From an uncultured bacterium (lineage in GTDB: Bacteria > Patescibacteriota > Dojkabacteria > J137), in assembly GCA_963700155.1 (NCBI GenBank), contig OY969472.1:808690-872689 (forward strand): DNA of 64,000 nt, given 5' to 3'. Of this stretch, positions 47,255 through 57,250 are shown in pieces (position 1 is the first letter of the stretch; each line of letters begins with the position of its first letter). Position numbers and translations under genes: made by a program. Under the pieces are notes generated by a model. The model was not told the origin of the DNA, ran no database searches, and was given only the letters and a program-made list of their open reading frames with translations.

Positions 47255-47785
47255 ATGATATTCATAAATTTAGTAACAAAAAGAAAATTGTTTCAGATAA
47301 TCCTAATAGTACTATTCTTTATTTTTGCATATAGTCTTTTGTCACAAAAAGTTTTAGCAGCTGAGCAAGGTGATATTGTAAATATTTCTGGAGTTCTAGA
47401 AAATAATCTAAATACAGCATTCACACATAAAATTGGAGGTTATAATTTTATTTTGAATAATTCTGTTAACCAGTATTTGAATAAAGAAGTTATAGCAAAG
47501 GTTCAGTATTTAGATTCTTTTAATTTTAAGGTGATATCTGTTTCTTCTTCTACTACACCAATTCAAGCTACGGGTAGTTCTCAAACTGCTATTACAACCG
47601 GGAACTTTACAGAAATAAAAGGAGTTTTGGAGAAAAATCCGAATACTTCATTTACACATAAAATTGATGGTTTTAACTTTATACTTCATTCAGACTTGAA
47701 TGATTGGGTTGGCAAGGAAGTCGTTATAACTGTACAGTATACAGATGGATTTAATTTCAAAGTTATTTCTTCTAAATTGGCTTAG
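47255..47785 (+). CDS. exported protein with two tandem beta-rich repeats
   Basis: signal peptide ending VLA-A; duplicated GVLE..NT.FTHKI.G.NFIL...KEV...VQY.D.FNFKVIS. Confidence 0.8.
   Translation: MIFINLVTKRKLFQIILIVLFFIFAYSLLSQKVLAAEQGDIVNISGVLENNLNTAFTHKIGGYNFILNNSVNQYLNKEVIAKVQYLDSFNFKVISVSSSTTPIQATGSSQTAITTGNFTEIKGVLEKNPNTSFTHKIDGFNFILHSDLNDWVGKEVVITVQYTDGFNFKVISSKLA
47390..47770 (+). repeat. intragenic diverged direct repeat, 150-bp unit, 231-bp period
   Basis: 47390-47539 aligns without gaps to 47621-47770. Confidence 0.85.
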
Positions 47786-47826
47786 CAGTCTTTTTAAGCT
47801 TGCAAGTGTTGAATATGTATAACCAT

Positions 47827-48786
47827 TTACTTGGTACTCTCAACTCTCACCCAAGTTCTTACAAAATCTTTTTTCTTTATTTTTCTTTCCCAGAATATTT
47901 GAATCCAAAGCCAAAGGCGGATTGGATAAAGCATTAGTGACCAGAAGAATTGTTTTATATTTTTTGCATAAGTTATAGGAAACCAGAAATACTCTAATTC
48001 TCTCCAGAAAGATCTAGTTTTTGTTTCAGGTTTTACAACACCATATTCCCAAAGCTGCATATATCCACCAGTTGATCTCTTCTTTTGTTTAAAGTAATCA
48101 TTTAAATTTCTAGGATATTTTACAAATGCTACTGCTTCAGGTTCATACTCTATTTTCCAACCGTTGTTAAAAGCCTGATAAGAAATATACGCATCATCAA
48201 CCAAGGTATCTTCTGGAAATCTAAAATCTGTTTTGCTCATTGCATAAATATATCCACTAACAGGAAAGAATGCTCTTTTTCTAACGAAAGTTAAACTCTT
48301 ACCTTCTGGATGTTCAGTTAAATCAATTTTTCGTTTATGGTTTGCTGCATCTGAAAGTAAATGGCCGAAATATCCCATCATATTGTTCATCGAGTCTTCA
48401 GATTTCGGCCTTCCTGTTACCATTAATTTATTAGTTGTGTTATTGTAGTGATTTAATAGTTTTCCAACAGCTCTTTCAGCATAATAAACATCACCATCAG
48501 TAAAAATCCAAACATCACCTTTTGCTCCTGACATTAACATGTTTAAGGCTGCTGGCTTGCCCTTTCCTGGATCTTTTATGAATCTGAATTTATTTTGAAC
48601 CCCGAGTTCATTTACTGCATTCAAAGCTGCTTGATGAGTTTCCTCATCAGGGCAAGCCAGAAGTATTTCAAAGTTCTCAGAGATTCCTGAATAATTTGGA
48701 TCTGCAATACATTTTATTGCCTTTGCGATGCTCTTATCTTCTTTCCAGGCAGTAATTAACACAGAAACTAAAATATTTGATGTCAT
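47827..48786 (-). CDS. glycosyltransferase family 2
   Basis: VSVLITAWKE, GKPAALN, FTDGD, DDAY, QKKRS. Confidence 0.92.
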   Translation of the reverse strand: MTSNILVSVLITAWKEDKSIAKAIKCIADPNYSGISENFEILLACPDEETHQAALNAVNELGVQNKFRFIKDPGKGKPAALNMLMSGAKGDVWIFTDGDVYYAERAVGKLLNHYNNTTNKLMVTGRPKSEDSMNNMMGYFGHLLSDAANHKRKIDLTEHPEGKSLTFVRKRAFFPVSGYIYAMSKTDFRFPEDTLVDDAYISYQAFNNGWKIEYEPEAVAFVKYPRNLNDYFKQKKRSTGGYMQLWEYGVVKPETKTRSFWRELEYFWFPITYAKNIKQFFWSLMLYPIRLWLWIQIFWERKIKKKDFVRTWVRVESTK

Positions 48787-48836
48787 TGGTATAATCTAAG
48801 GTATAATTTAAAGTTATTATAGCAGGAAAGAATATT

Positions 48837-49523
48837 ATGAAAACTTTTAACTTTAAAAGTAAGCTGAAATCGAAAATTCAATTGAATGAGTTCACATATG
48901 AATTCAAATATACTGTATCTGATGATTTTGAATTTAAACCGGGACAATTTGTTGTTCTTTTAGTGACTCCACCATTTAGACGTTCTTATTCAATTGTAGA
49001 AGTAAAAAATGGTTTAATAACGCTTTTGATAGATGTAAAACCTACTGGACCAGCACATGATTATTTTATAAATAGTAAAATTGATGATGAAACAACGATA
49101 ATGGGACCCTATGGACTATATTCACTCCAAGAGACTACTTTGAACAAGGTTTTTATAGCATCAAGCACTGGGATTGCTCCACTTTATCCTATGATTAATG
49201 AATTAAGAAATTCAGGAAAAACGATATATGATGATATTAAAATAGATTTTTTTTATGGATCAAGATTGATAAAGAACGATATTGCACACGATTATTTGAA
49301 ACAGTTTGAAGGGGACAACTTCAGTTATTATCGCTGTATTACTCAGCCGGAAGATAATTCAAAACCATATAAATTGGGTCGTGTAACTGAAGTTGTCCCC
49401 TCGATGAACTATGATTATCAAAATACTGAATTTTATATTTGCGGAGCACCTGAAATGGTAACTCATATGCGAGATATTCTAAAAAACTTAGGAGCCGATA
49501 AAGTTTATTTTGAGAAGTATTAA
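48837..49523 (+). CDS. ferredoxin--NADP reductase-like FAD/NAD(P) oxidoreductase
   Basis: FKPGQF, RSYS, GPYG, STGIAP, YICG, FEKY terminus. Confidence 0.92.
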   Translation: MKTFNFKSKLKSKIQLNEFTYEFKYTVSDDFEFKPGQFVVLLVTPPFRRSYSIVEVKNGLITLLIDVKPTGPAHDYFINSKIDDETTIMGPYGLYSLQETTLNKVFIASSTGIAPLYPMINELRNSGKTIYDDIKIDFFYGSRLIKNDIAHDYLKQFEGDNFSYYRCITQPEDNSKPYKLGRVTEVVPSMNYDYQNTEFYICGAPEMVTHMRDILKNLGADKVYFEKY

Positions 49524-49852
49524 GGTTCTTCTGAATCTAAAAGACCTTCAATCGAGTTAAGTAATGTGTCAATTTCCTGATTTGTTCCCTCAACAAATAT
49601 TTTATCTCTTAATTCTGATACTAAATTTAATAAAAAGTTAGCAACTTCTTGGTCAATATTCATTGAGTTCTTTGTAAGGAATAATTTAATCATTTCAAGA
49701 TCATTTATAAATTTATTTACTGAAGAATATTGACTCATATTTTCACTAGAATTACATACCAAGTTTAATCTAGTGATTGCAGTTTGGATTTTATGGTCAG
49801 GAAAGGATTCTAATAAGTTTATTAAAGTTAAAAGTTTTTCAGATCTTTTCAT
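49520..49852 (-). CDS. hypothetical protein
   Basis: 110-aa ORF 2 bp after upstream gene. Confidence 0.6.
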   Translation of the reverse strand: MKRSEKLLTLINLLESFPDHKIQTAITRLNLVCNSSENMSQYSSVNKFINDLEMIKLFLTKNSMNIDQEVANFLLNLVSELRDKIFVEGTNQEIDTLLNSIEGLLDSEEP

Positions 49853-49854
49853 AA

Positions 49855-50424
49855 TTAGTCGATAATAAGTTCAAGACCCATTTTTTGCAGTTCATTGCTC
49901 ATTTTCTCTGCTAATCTAGCATTTTTATGAGAGTCCTGAAGATGAATTTCCCCGATCCCTAAATCGGAGGCTGCTAATAAAGTTTTTGCAATTAGTCTTA
50001 AATAAAGCGATTCGAGCATACTCGCAAATATATCCCCACTTTGATTTTGATCGAGTTCTCTTCGTATTTCTTCGCTCATGTCAACATCTCTATATTCTTG
50101 CTCTAATTCACTTGCGTATTTCATTAAATCATCAAATAAATTTTGAATATTAAATTCTATCGAGTCAGTATTTATATCATTAAATTCATCTAGGTAAAAT
50201 TCATCAGACTTTCTGGCTTTAGATAGAAGTTCTTCGTATAAATTATCTCTATTCTGCTCAGATTCCGAAGTGTCAAGATTTAAATTCTGTGTTGCTTGAA
50301 TCATCCTATCTAAAATATTTTCCTCTTGGTGAGTCATTTTTCTTGACATACCATCATCAGGGAAATAATAAATACTAGGGACAAAATCTTCAATTTTTAA
50401 GGCTACATAAGGACTCATATGCAT
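49855..50424 (-). CDS. hypothetical protein resembling the second domain of TsaD/Kae1, catalytic motifs lost
   Basis: PYVALKI at start and DIFASMLESLYLRLIAKTLLAASDLG....NARL at end. Confidence 0.5.
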   Translation of the reverse strand: MHMSPYVALKIEDFVPSIYYFPDDGMSRKMTHQEENILDRMIQATQNLNLDTSESEQNRDNLYEELLSKARKSDEFYLDEFNDINTDSIEFNIQNLFDDLMKYASELEQEYRDVDMSEEIRRELDQNQSGDIFASMLESLYLRLIAKTLLAASDLGIGEIHLQDSHKNARLAEKMSNELQKMGLELIID

Positions 50425-50553
50425 AAATTATATTAAAATTACTAGGTTAATTTTAACATACCATTCAAGATTTTCATGATATTGTACATTTTAAGTATTT
50501 AACTAATCGTTCTAAAATTTTGCTAGAATATTTTATAAAAGTTTATTAAATCT

Positions 50554-52938
50554 ATGGATTCAGAGTTAAAAGGGTTAACAACTAAGGAAGCTGAAAGCCA
50601 AATGCGGAAGTTTGGTAAAAATGTGATTGAAGCTAAACAGGAAGGAGCTGTAGAGATTTTTCTTAAGCAGTTTTTAAATCCTCTAATTTACCTACTTATT
50701 ATTGCAGGGTTTTTATCACTACTTTTAAGAAATTATACTGATTGTCTCATAATTTTCATTATAATTTTAATAAATACCTTTCTAGGTTTCTTTCAACAGT
50801 ACAGAGTTAATCAGGAATTTAAAAAACTAAGTGCTTTAATATCTTCAGATATTGAAGTTCTTAGAGATGGAGAAAGGAAATTGATAAAAAAATCTTTAAT
50901 TGTTCCTGGTGATATTGTATTTTTAAAACTTGGAGATAAAGCTCCGGCGGATGGATTTATAGTAAAGCAAGAAGATTTTCAAATTGATGAGTCTGCTTTG
51001 ACAGGTGAATCAATGGTAGTAACTAAAAAGATTAATAGTAAAGAAGATATTGAATTTAAAGAAGGAATTATTTATTCAGGAACTAATATAGAGAAAGGTT
51101 CAGGAGTTATTAAAGTATTTGCTACAGGTAATAACAGTAAATTTGGGAATATTGCAAAGTTATCAATTCAAACCAAAAAAGTTAGCGAATATGAATTAAA
51201 TCTTAAGAATTTAAGTCGAAGATTTTTATTTATCTCAATTGTGGCTTTGGCTGGTATATTTTTAGCACATGCATTAATAAAACAATCAGATAATTTAATT
51301 GATATATTCTTCTTCACGGTTGCTATATCTATTACAATTATTCCAGAAGCATTACCGATTGTTGCAAATTTAACTTTATCAAAAAGTGCATTTAAACTAG
51401 GTAAAAAAGGAGTGATTGTGAAAAGAGCTGCTGCAATAGAAGATTTGGGGAATATTGATCTTGTATGTACAGATAAAACAGGTACATTAACAAAAAATGA
51501 AATTGCAGTTATAGATGTTCATAAATCAAAAAATCCTGATTTTTTAAAATATGCATCTCTTCTTTCTGAAACAAGTACAGATCAATTTGATACTGCGGTT
51601 AAAAAATATTTGGATAAAAATGGCTTCAAACTTAATAAATCGGATGACGAAAAGATAAAGGAAGGGTTTGAAGATGTCCCATTTGATCCTGCGAAAAAGG
51701 TTTCCTCAAGGAAGTTTCTTGACTTTAAAATTATAAAAGGTGCACCAGAAAGTATTATTAATCTTACTAATTATAAAGATAAGGACTTCGATCAACTTTT
51801 AGCAACAAATGCCTCAAAGGGATGGAGAGCTTTATCTTTAGCATTAGAAAAAAATGGGAATCTTGAATATTTAGGAACATTTTTTATGTTTGATGAGATT
51901 AAGGAAGATGTAGAAGCGGTAATAAAAAGAGCAGAAAAATTAGGAATTGAAATTAAGATTATAACTGGTGATTCAGAAGAAGTTTCGAAATATGTTGGAT
52001 ATAAAGTTGGGTTAATTAAATCTGATGATGAGGTTATTGAATCAAAAGATTTGAAGTTTGATGATAGTGTTTTTTTTGAAGAACAAGTTGCTTCTCATTC
52101 GATATTCACTAGATGTGACCCAATTCAGAAATATAAAATTTTAGAAGCTCTTCAAAAAAAACACTTCTTAGGCTATATAGGAGATGGAATTAATGATTCA
52201 CCATCTCTTAAATTAGCGAATGTAAGTATTGTTGTAAACTCAGCAACTGATATTGCAAAAGAAAATGCTGATTTAATAATGCTTAGAAAAAATTTAAATG
52301 TGTTAATAGATGGAATTTCCGAAGGAAGAAAAGCATTTGAAAATATTGATAAATATCTTCGACAGACATTAGTTGGAAACTTTGGGAATTTTTTTACTAT
52401 TGGGATTGTCTCATTATTCTTAAGTTACTTGCCAATGTTGCCTATTCAAATTCTAATAAGCAATTTGCTTACCGATATTCCATCTTTAGCGATTGCTGAT
52501 GATAATGTGGATCATAATGAACTAAAACGTCCTAAACAACATAATTTATCAGGTGTGATTAGAAATGGTTTTTGGCTTGCTGTGCTTTCAAGTGCTTTTG
52601 ATTTAGTGTTTTTTCTGATAATTCTAAATAATCCCGTATATACAATTCAAACATTATGGTTTGCTTTCTCAACTGTTTCAGAAATTCTTGTCTTATTTTC
52701 ACTAAGAACTAAAAAAGGTATTTTTTCAAAAGGTACTTCAAAGCCTTCACTAATTTTAGGATTTTCAATTATATTTACTCTAGTTATATGTACGCTTTTA
52801 TTTGTGGTTGGGTCAAATGTATTCAGTGTTCAGAAAGTAAGTAATAATTTCATAGTTGTAATTTTTGCAATGACAATTTTGTATGTAATTGCAAATGAGC
52901 TGCTTAAAAAAGTGATATGGAAGGATAACTCCAAATAA
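50554..52938 (+). CDS. cation-transporting P-type ATPase, MgtA-like
   Basis: TGES, IIPEALP, DKTGT, KGAPE, GDGIND, NLLTD...DNVD. Confidence 0.92.
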   Translation: MDSELKGLTTKEAESQMRKFGKNVIEAKQEGAVEIFLKQFLNPLIYLLIIAGFLSLLLRNYTDCLIIFIIILINTFLGFFQQYRVNQEFKKLSALISSDIEVLRDGERKLIKKSLIVPGDIVFLKLGDKAPADGFIVKQEDFQIDESALTGESMVVTKKINSKEDIEFKEGIIYSGTNIEKGSGVIKVFATGNNSKFGNIAKLSIQTKKVSEYELNLKNLSRRFLFISIVALAGIFLAHALIKQSDNLIDIFFFTVAISITIIPEALPIVANLTLSKSAFKLGKKGVIVKRAAAIEDLGNIDLVCTDKTGTLTKNEIAVIDVHKSKNPDFLKYASLLSETSTDQFDTAVKKYLDKNGFKLNKSDDEKIKEGFEDVPFDPAKKVSSRKFLDFKIIKGAPESIINLTNYKDKDFDQLLATNASKGWRALSLALEKNGNLEYLGTFFMFDEIKEDVEAVIKRAEKLGIEIKIITGDSEEVSKYVGYKVGLIKSDDEVIESKDLKFDDSVFFEEQVASHSIFTRCDPIQKYKILEALQKKHFLGYIGDGINDSPSLKLANVSIVVNSATDIAKENADLIMLRKNLNVLIDGISEGRKAFENIDKYLRQTLVGNFGNFFTIGIVSLFLSYLPMLPIQILISNLLTDIPSLAIADDNVDHNELKRPKQHNLSGVIRNGFWLAVLSSAFDLVFFLIILNNPVYTIQTLWFAFSTVSEILVLFSLRTKKGIFSKGTSKPSLILGFSIIFTLVICTLLFVVGSNVFSVQKVSNNFIVVIFAMTILYVIANELLKKVIWKDNSK

Positions 52939-52989
52939 TATACAAAATCCTAAAGGTTTGTTAAGATTCAGAATCTTTTATGGATTGCT

Positions 52990-53724
52990 ATGTCCGATGA
53001 ATTTAAATTTACATCAAATCTAGAATTCCCTGTTGCCCTAAAAGGGCAGGTTATATTTAACGAAGAAGTTATAAAAATGATATGCCAAATAGTTGGCATT
53101 GATTCTTTAGATATATCTAGCACGGAAGGTAGAACTGTTGTGACTATTTCAGGTTTTAATGCAGATGGCTCTGCTACTATGGGTAAAGCTAAGGATATTC
53201 CTGATAGTTTTTCAAGTTTAGAAAACTTAAAAAATATGGTTGATTTTTCTTCGATGAATTATAGTAATGGGAAAATATTACTTGATTTGAAAAGAATTGA
53301 AGATGAACTTCTATCAAATGGAGCTAATCGTTTGTCTGAAAGGAATTCAGAATTATGGGCAAGGAAATTAAATAGTGTATTAAAACGTGAATTGCTTAAA
53401 TTAATTTTAGAAAAACAAAAATCAAATGTTACATATAATTTTGTTGAAAACTCTTTTTTACTTTCTTTTTTGGTTTCTTTTGGTTTATTGATTAGATGTT
53501 TAACAATTTATAATAATTTAACTGCTCCTGTAGAAATTCTAGAAGAATGTTTATTAGCAGTTGGGTTTTCATTAACTCCTAAAATTATTTTTCAAATTGG
53601 AAATATGGAGCAAAGGAAAAGAATATCGATTTTTCTTCCATATTCATTAGAATTAGATAGAGCTCTTATTGCCTCTTTTTTAGTAATGTATCATACTTTG
53701 GTTGCTGGTGTTGTTGAAAGCTAA
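52990..53724 (+). CDS. hypothetical membrane protein
   Basis: 244-aa ORF with C-terminal hydrophobic segments. Confidence 0.65.
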   Translation: MSDEFKFTSNLEFPVALKGQVIFNEEVIKMICQIVGIDSLDISSTEGRTVVTISGFNADGSATMGKAKDIPDSFSSLENLKNMVDFSSMNYSNGKILLDLKRIEDELLSNGANRLSERNSELWARKLNSVLKRELLKLILEKQKSNVTYNFVENSFLLSFLVSFGLLIRCLTIYNNLTAPVEILEECLLAVGFSLTPKIIFQIGNMEQRKRISIFLPYSLELDRALIASFLVMYHTLVAGVVES

Positions 53725-53774
53725 CAAATAATAATGCTTATATTGTATAATTGCACTGCCATTTGTTGGATATT

Positions 53775-53862
53775 GGAGAGGTACCCAAGTGGCTGAAGGG
53801 GCGGGTTTGCTAAACCCGTAGTAGGATTCGTCCTAGCGGGGGTTCGAATCCCCCTCTCTCCG
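53775..53862 (+). tRNA. tRNA-Ser(GCT), CCA not encoded
   Basis: acceptor GGAGAGG/TCTCTCC+G, anticodon arm CGGGT-TTGCTAA-ACCCG, long variable arm TAGGA-TTCG-TCCTA, T-arm GGGGG-TTCGAAT-CCCCC. Confidence 0.97.
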
Positions 53863-53941
53863 AATTTTTAGTTCTAGTCTTCTGTAAAATTTCTTTAAAT
53901 AGTTGTAAGGTAAAAATATAATATTTTTTATCTTTACCTCT

Positions 53942-54211
53942 ATGCAAAAACTTGACGTAAAATCATTTGCTCTTGCCTTCGGCGTCTCCTTTGGAATATT
54001 CGTAATGTTCCTTGGTTGGGCAGCAATTTTCGGATGGGGAGATATTATAGTTCATGGACTATCTTCATTTTATAAAGGATATGATGCAACTTTCGTTGGA
54101 GGAATAATCGGGGGAGTCTGGGCTTTTTTTGATTGGGGAATTGGAGGAGCAATAATAGCCTTGGTATATAATTCTTTTATCGAAAGAATGTCTAAAAAGG
54201 GAAATGTATAA
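53942..54211 (+). CDS. small Gly-rich membrane protein of a family commonly annotated as bacteriophage holin
   Basis: KLDVKSFALAFG...Y.GY..TF.GGIIG.VWAFFD..IGG.IIALVYN pattern. Confidence 0.7.
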   Translation: MQKLDVKSFALAFGVSFGIFVMFLGWAAIFGWGDIIVHGLSSFYKGYDATFVGGIIGGVWAFFDWGIGGAIIALVYNSFIERMSKKGNV

Positions 54212-54224
54212 CCAGATTATTAAA

Positions 54225-54253
54225 TTGACAGCCTAGTTTTATATCTTTAGAAT
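54225..54253 (+). promoter_or_regulatory. sigma70 promoter of the VOC gene
   Basis: TTGACA-17 nt-TAGAAT. Confidence 0.65.
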
Positions 54254-54287
54254 AAGTTTAATACTTACTTTTTACTATTTTTTCCTT

Positions 54288-54797
54288 ATGCAAAAAATTA
54301 CCCCATTTCTATGGTTCGATCAAAATTGTGAAGAAGCAATAAATTATTATGTAAAAGTATTTTCTGAGTCGCCTCATAAAAGTGATGAATCAGAAATTAT
54401 TAGTATTGCAAGATACGAAGAAGGAATGCAGACTCCCGACAATGACAAAATGATTGGAAAAGTTATTACAGCAGTCTTTAAGTTGAATGGACAACGATTT
54501 ATGGCTTTAGATGGCGGTCCGATTTTTAAGTTTAATGAATCAGTATCATTTTATGTTGAATGTGAGGATCAAGTCGAAGTTGATTATTTTTGGGAAAAGC
54601 TTTCAGCAGTTCCTGAGTCGGAACAGTGCGGTTGGTTAAAAGATAAGTTTGGATTGTCATGGCAGATTATTCCTAAACAATTGGATGAATTAATATCTGA
54701 TTCAGATCATAAGAAATCTTTAGCAGTTGTTAATGCTATGCTTGAAATGAAAAAAATAGATGTATCAGAGTTACAAAAAGCTCGTGATGAAGCTTAA
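54288..54797 (+). CDS. VOC family protein (PhnB/3-demethylubiquinone methyltransferase-like)
   Basis: QKITPFLWF, FMALDGGP, CGWLKDKFGLSWQI. Confidence 0.93.
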   Translation: MQKITPFLWFDQNCEEAINYYVKVFSESPHKSDESEIISIARYEEGMQTPDNDKMIGKVITAVFKLNGQRFMALDGGPIFKFNESVSFYVECEDQVEVDYFWEKLSAVPESEQCGWLKDKFGLSWQIIPKQLDELISDSDHKKSLAVVNAMLEMKKIDVSELQKARDEA

Positions 54798-56564
54798 TTA
54801 ATACAGCTCAAATTTCTTTAATAGTTTTTTATTACCTTCAATCTGGTAATTTAGCAATTCCGAATAAATACCTTCACGTTTTGCAAGTTCCTGAGGAGTA
54901 CCAATATCTTCAATTTTATGATTATTTAAAACAACTACTTTATTTGCATTCTGCAAAGTCGAAAACCTATGCGCTATAATTATTGTGAGCCTGTCCTTCA
55001 TTAAATTTTCTAAAGCATCTTGAACTTCATTTTCCGACTTTGCATCAAGATTACTTGTTGCTTCATCTAGAATTAAGATTGGTGCATCTTTAAGAATAGC
55101 TCTAGCAATTTGAATTCTTTGTTTTTGTCCCCCAGATAATTTTATTCCACGTTCTCCTATAGCAGAATGTATTCCCTCTGGGAGTTTTTCTACAAATTCA
55201 TATGCATTTGCTAGTTTTAAAGCTTCAATAACTTGATCATCTCCAGCCTTCATTCCATAAGATACATTTTCTCTTATAGTTGAAGAGAATAGCTCATTTT
55301 CCTGAAAGACTAATGCAATATTAGACCTAATAAATCTGTGATTTAAATTTTTATAGTCTTTGCTATTTAGTAAGATTTTACCTTTTGTAGGTTCATATAG
55401 TTTTAAAATCAAGTTAATTACAGTAGACTTCCCTGCCCCACTTGGACCAACTAAAGCTACTATTTCATTTTTATTTAATGAGAATGAAATATTTTGTAAA
55501 ACTTCTTCAGAATGATCGTAAGAAAATGAAACATTTTTAAATTCAATTTTAGGGTTTCTAATGTGTTTCACTATTCCGTCTTCTTCATATTTTTCATTTG
55601 ATTCTAAATTTAAAACTTCTAAGAATTCTTTTGAACCACTCTCAGCTTTTTGAATCTGTTCTAAAATAAATGACATACCAAAGAGAGGTCTTCTTGCTTG
55701 AGCAACTAATTGAAGAATTAAGACCAAATCTCCAAGACTCAGTTGTCCTTGAAACGTTTGATAGAATACAACAATATTTATTCCAAGAAGAATAATATTC
55801 AAACTTAGATTTCTTAGAAAATCAAATATATGGAATTCTCTGCTTTGTTTATCATATATTCTGTTTATTTCGCTTAAATTATTAGAAACAAGTTCATATT
55901 CTTCTTTTTCATTGGTGTAGCCTTTAACTAATCTGATATTAGAAATAACTTCTTGAAGCCTTCCTCTTGTGACATCTTCAATTTTATTTTTTTGCTCTTC
56001 TTTAATTCCCCATTTTTTTGTTGAATATCTACTTATAAAAATATAAACAGGAAATAATATTGCAATAAATATTCCCAAAAGTACATTGTAATGAAGCAAT
56101 ATTACAACTGTCAAAACACTTTGGAGAATTGCTGGAAGTATAAAATTAGTCCCTGTATTTATAAAATCTTGAATTGAAACTATCCCTCTACTTAATTGGT
56201 TAACAATTTTCCCTGAAATCTCTGAATCAAAATAACTTTGAGGAAGTGTTAGAACTTTATTATAAAATTTTTCAGTGAGGAATTTCCTTATCTCTCCTGC
56301 GAAATGATCTCCAAGTCGATTGCTTAAAGCTGTAATTATTATACTAAGTAAACTTAAAACGAATCCAAGCCCAATAAAGAAATATAATCTGCTTAAATCA
56401 CCAGTTTGGTTCGTTAACTGGTTTGAAATTTCATCCACAATGAATTTAGATGCAAATGGAACAACTAAATCTAAAACTGAACTTAGGAGGATTAAAAATG
56501 AAATAAATATTACTAGTTTATGTAATGGTTTCGAAATTTTTATTATTTGTATAATATTCTTCAT
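54798..56564 (-). CDS. ABC exporter, fused permease/ATPase
   Basis: TM domain; GPSGAGKS, LSGGQKQR, ILDEATS, IAHR. Confidence 0.95.
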   Translation of the reverse strand: MKNIIQIIKISKPLHKLVIFISFLILLSSVLDLVVPFASKFIVDEISNQLTNQTGDLSRLYFFIGLGFVLSLLSIIITALSNRLGDHFAGEIRKFLTEKFYNKVLTLPQSYFDSEISGKIVNQLSRGIVSIQDFINTGTNFILPAILQSVLTVVILLHYNVLLGIFIAILFPVYIFISRYSTKKWGIKEEQKNKIEDVTRGRLQEVISNIRLVKGYTNEKEEYELVSNNLSEINRIYDKQSREFHIFDFLRNLSLNIILLGINIVVFYQTFQGQLSLGDLVLILQLVAQARRPLFGMSFILEQIQKAESGSKEFLEVLNLESNEKYEEDGIVKHIRNPKIEFKNVSFSYDHSEEVLQNISFSLNKNEIVALVGPSGAGKSTVINLILKLYEPTKGKILLNSKDYKNLNHRFIRSNIALVFQENELFSSTIRENVSYGMKAGDDQVIEALKLANAYEFVEKLPEGIHSAIGERGIKLSGGQKQRIQIARAILKDAPILILDEATSNLDAKSENEVQDALENLMKDRLTIIIAHRFSTLQNANKVVVLNNHKIEDIGTPQELAKREGIYSELLNYQIEGNKKLLKKFELY

Positions 56565-56637
56565 TAATACTTCATGCTTAAAAATAGATACCTGAACATA
56601 TTAGCATAGGGATACTTTGACTTTTGAGAATTTGAGC

Positions 56638-56670
56638 AAAAAAAGGCGGGGCTGAAAGCCCCGCCTTTTT
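56638..56670 (-). terminator. intrinsic terminator of hsp20 (bidirectional form)
   Basis: A7-GGCGGGGCT-GAA-AGCCCCGCC-T5. Confidence 0.92.
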
Positions 56671-56687
56671 AGTTATCTCTAAATATT

Positions 56688-57122
56688 TTATTTCTTAGAT
56701 GGTTTAATTGTAATTGTTTTAGGTTTAACTTCTTCCATCTTTGGAAGTGTCACTTTGATCATTCCATTTTCAAAACTTGCTTCTGCTTTTTCTGCATTAA
56801 CTTTTGTTGGAAGGCTGATTGATCTTGAAAAGGACTGCTGGCTCATTTCTTTAATATGATATTTTCTATTCTTTTTCTCTTCATTCTCTTCACTTGCTGT
56901 TCCTTCAATCGTCAAAATATAATCTTCAACTCTAACGCTGATATCTTCTTCTTTATATCCTGGAACTTTTGCTTCTACTACAACATCATTATCAGTTTCA
57001 TACATATCTATTTCAATGTTTGACATAATTGTACTTAGGCCAGTTCCCGTATTAAAGAATTCATCCATAAATGTGTCCCACATTTGTGATGGTCTAACTA
57101 AAGTTATTCTTCTATTGTTCAT
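56688..57122 (-). CDS. Hsp20/alpha-crystallin small heat shock protein
   Basis: DMYETD..VVVEAKVPG, FSRSISLP, ASFENGMIKVTLPK. Confidence 0.96.
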   Translation of the reverse strand: MNNRRITLVRPSQMWDTFMDEFFNTGTGLSTIMSNIEIDMYETDNDVVVEAKVPGYKEEDISVRVEDYILTIEGTASEENEEKKNRKYHIKEMSQQSFSRSISLPTKVNAEKAEASFENGMIKVTLPKMEEVKPKTITIKPSKK

Positions 57123-57149
57123 AATAGAAAAGTTAATATTTTAAATAAG

Positions 57150-57210
57150 TTAGCAGCATAACCATTCAACTGCTAGTCTAATATTAAAACTAAGTGATAT
57201 TTTTTGTCAA
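57150..57210 (-). promoter_or_regulatory. CIRCE-like operator and sigma70 promoter of hsp20
   Basis: TTAGCAGCA-N9-AACTGCTAG (57150-57176); minus-strand TTGACA (57210-57205) -18 nt- TAATAT. Confidence 0.75.
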
Positions 57211-57250
57211 GAAAAATAATGAATTCCTTTATGGTAAAATACTTTCAGCT

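Noticed and set aside
47390-47770. Repeat pair as a DGR template/variable repeat
   Set aside because: Both copies are in frame within one gene, mismatches are not adenine-specific, and no reverse transcriptase is present
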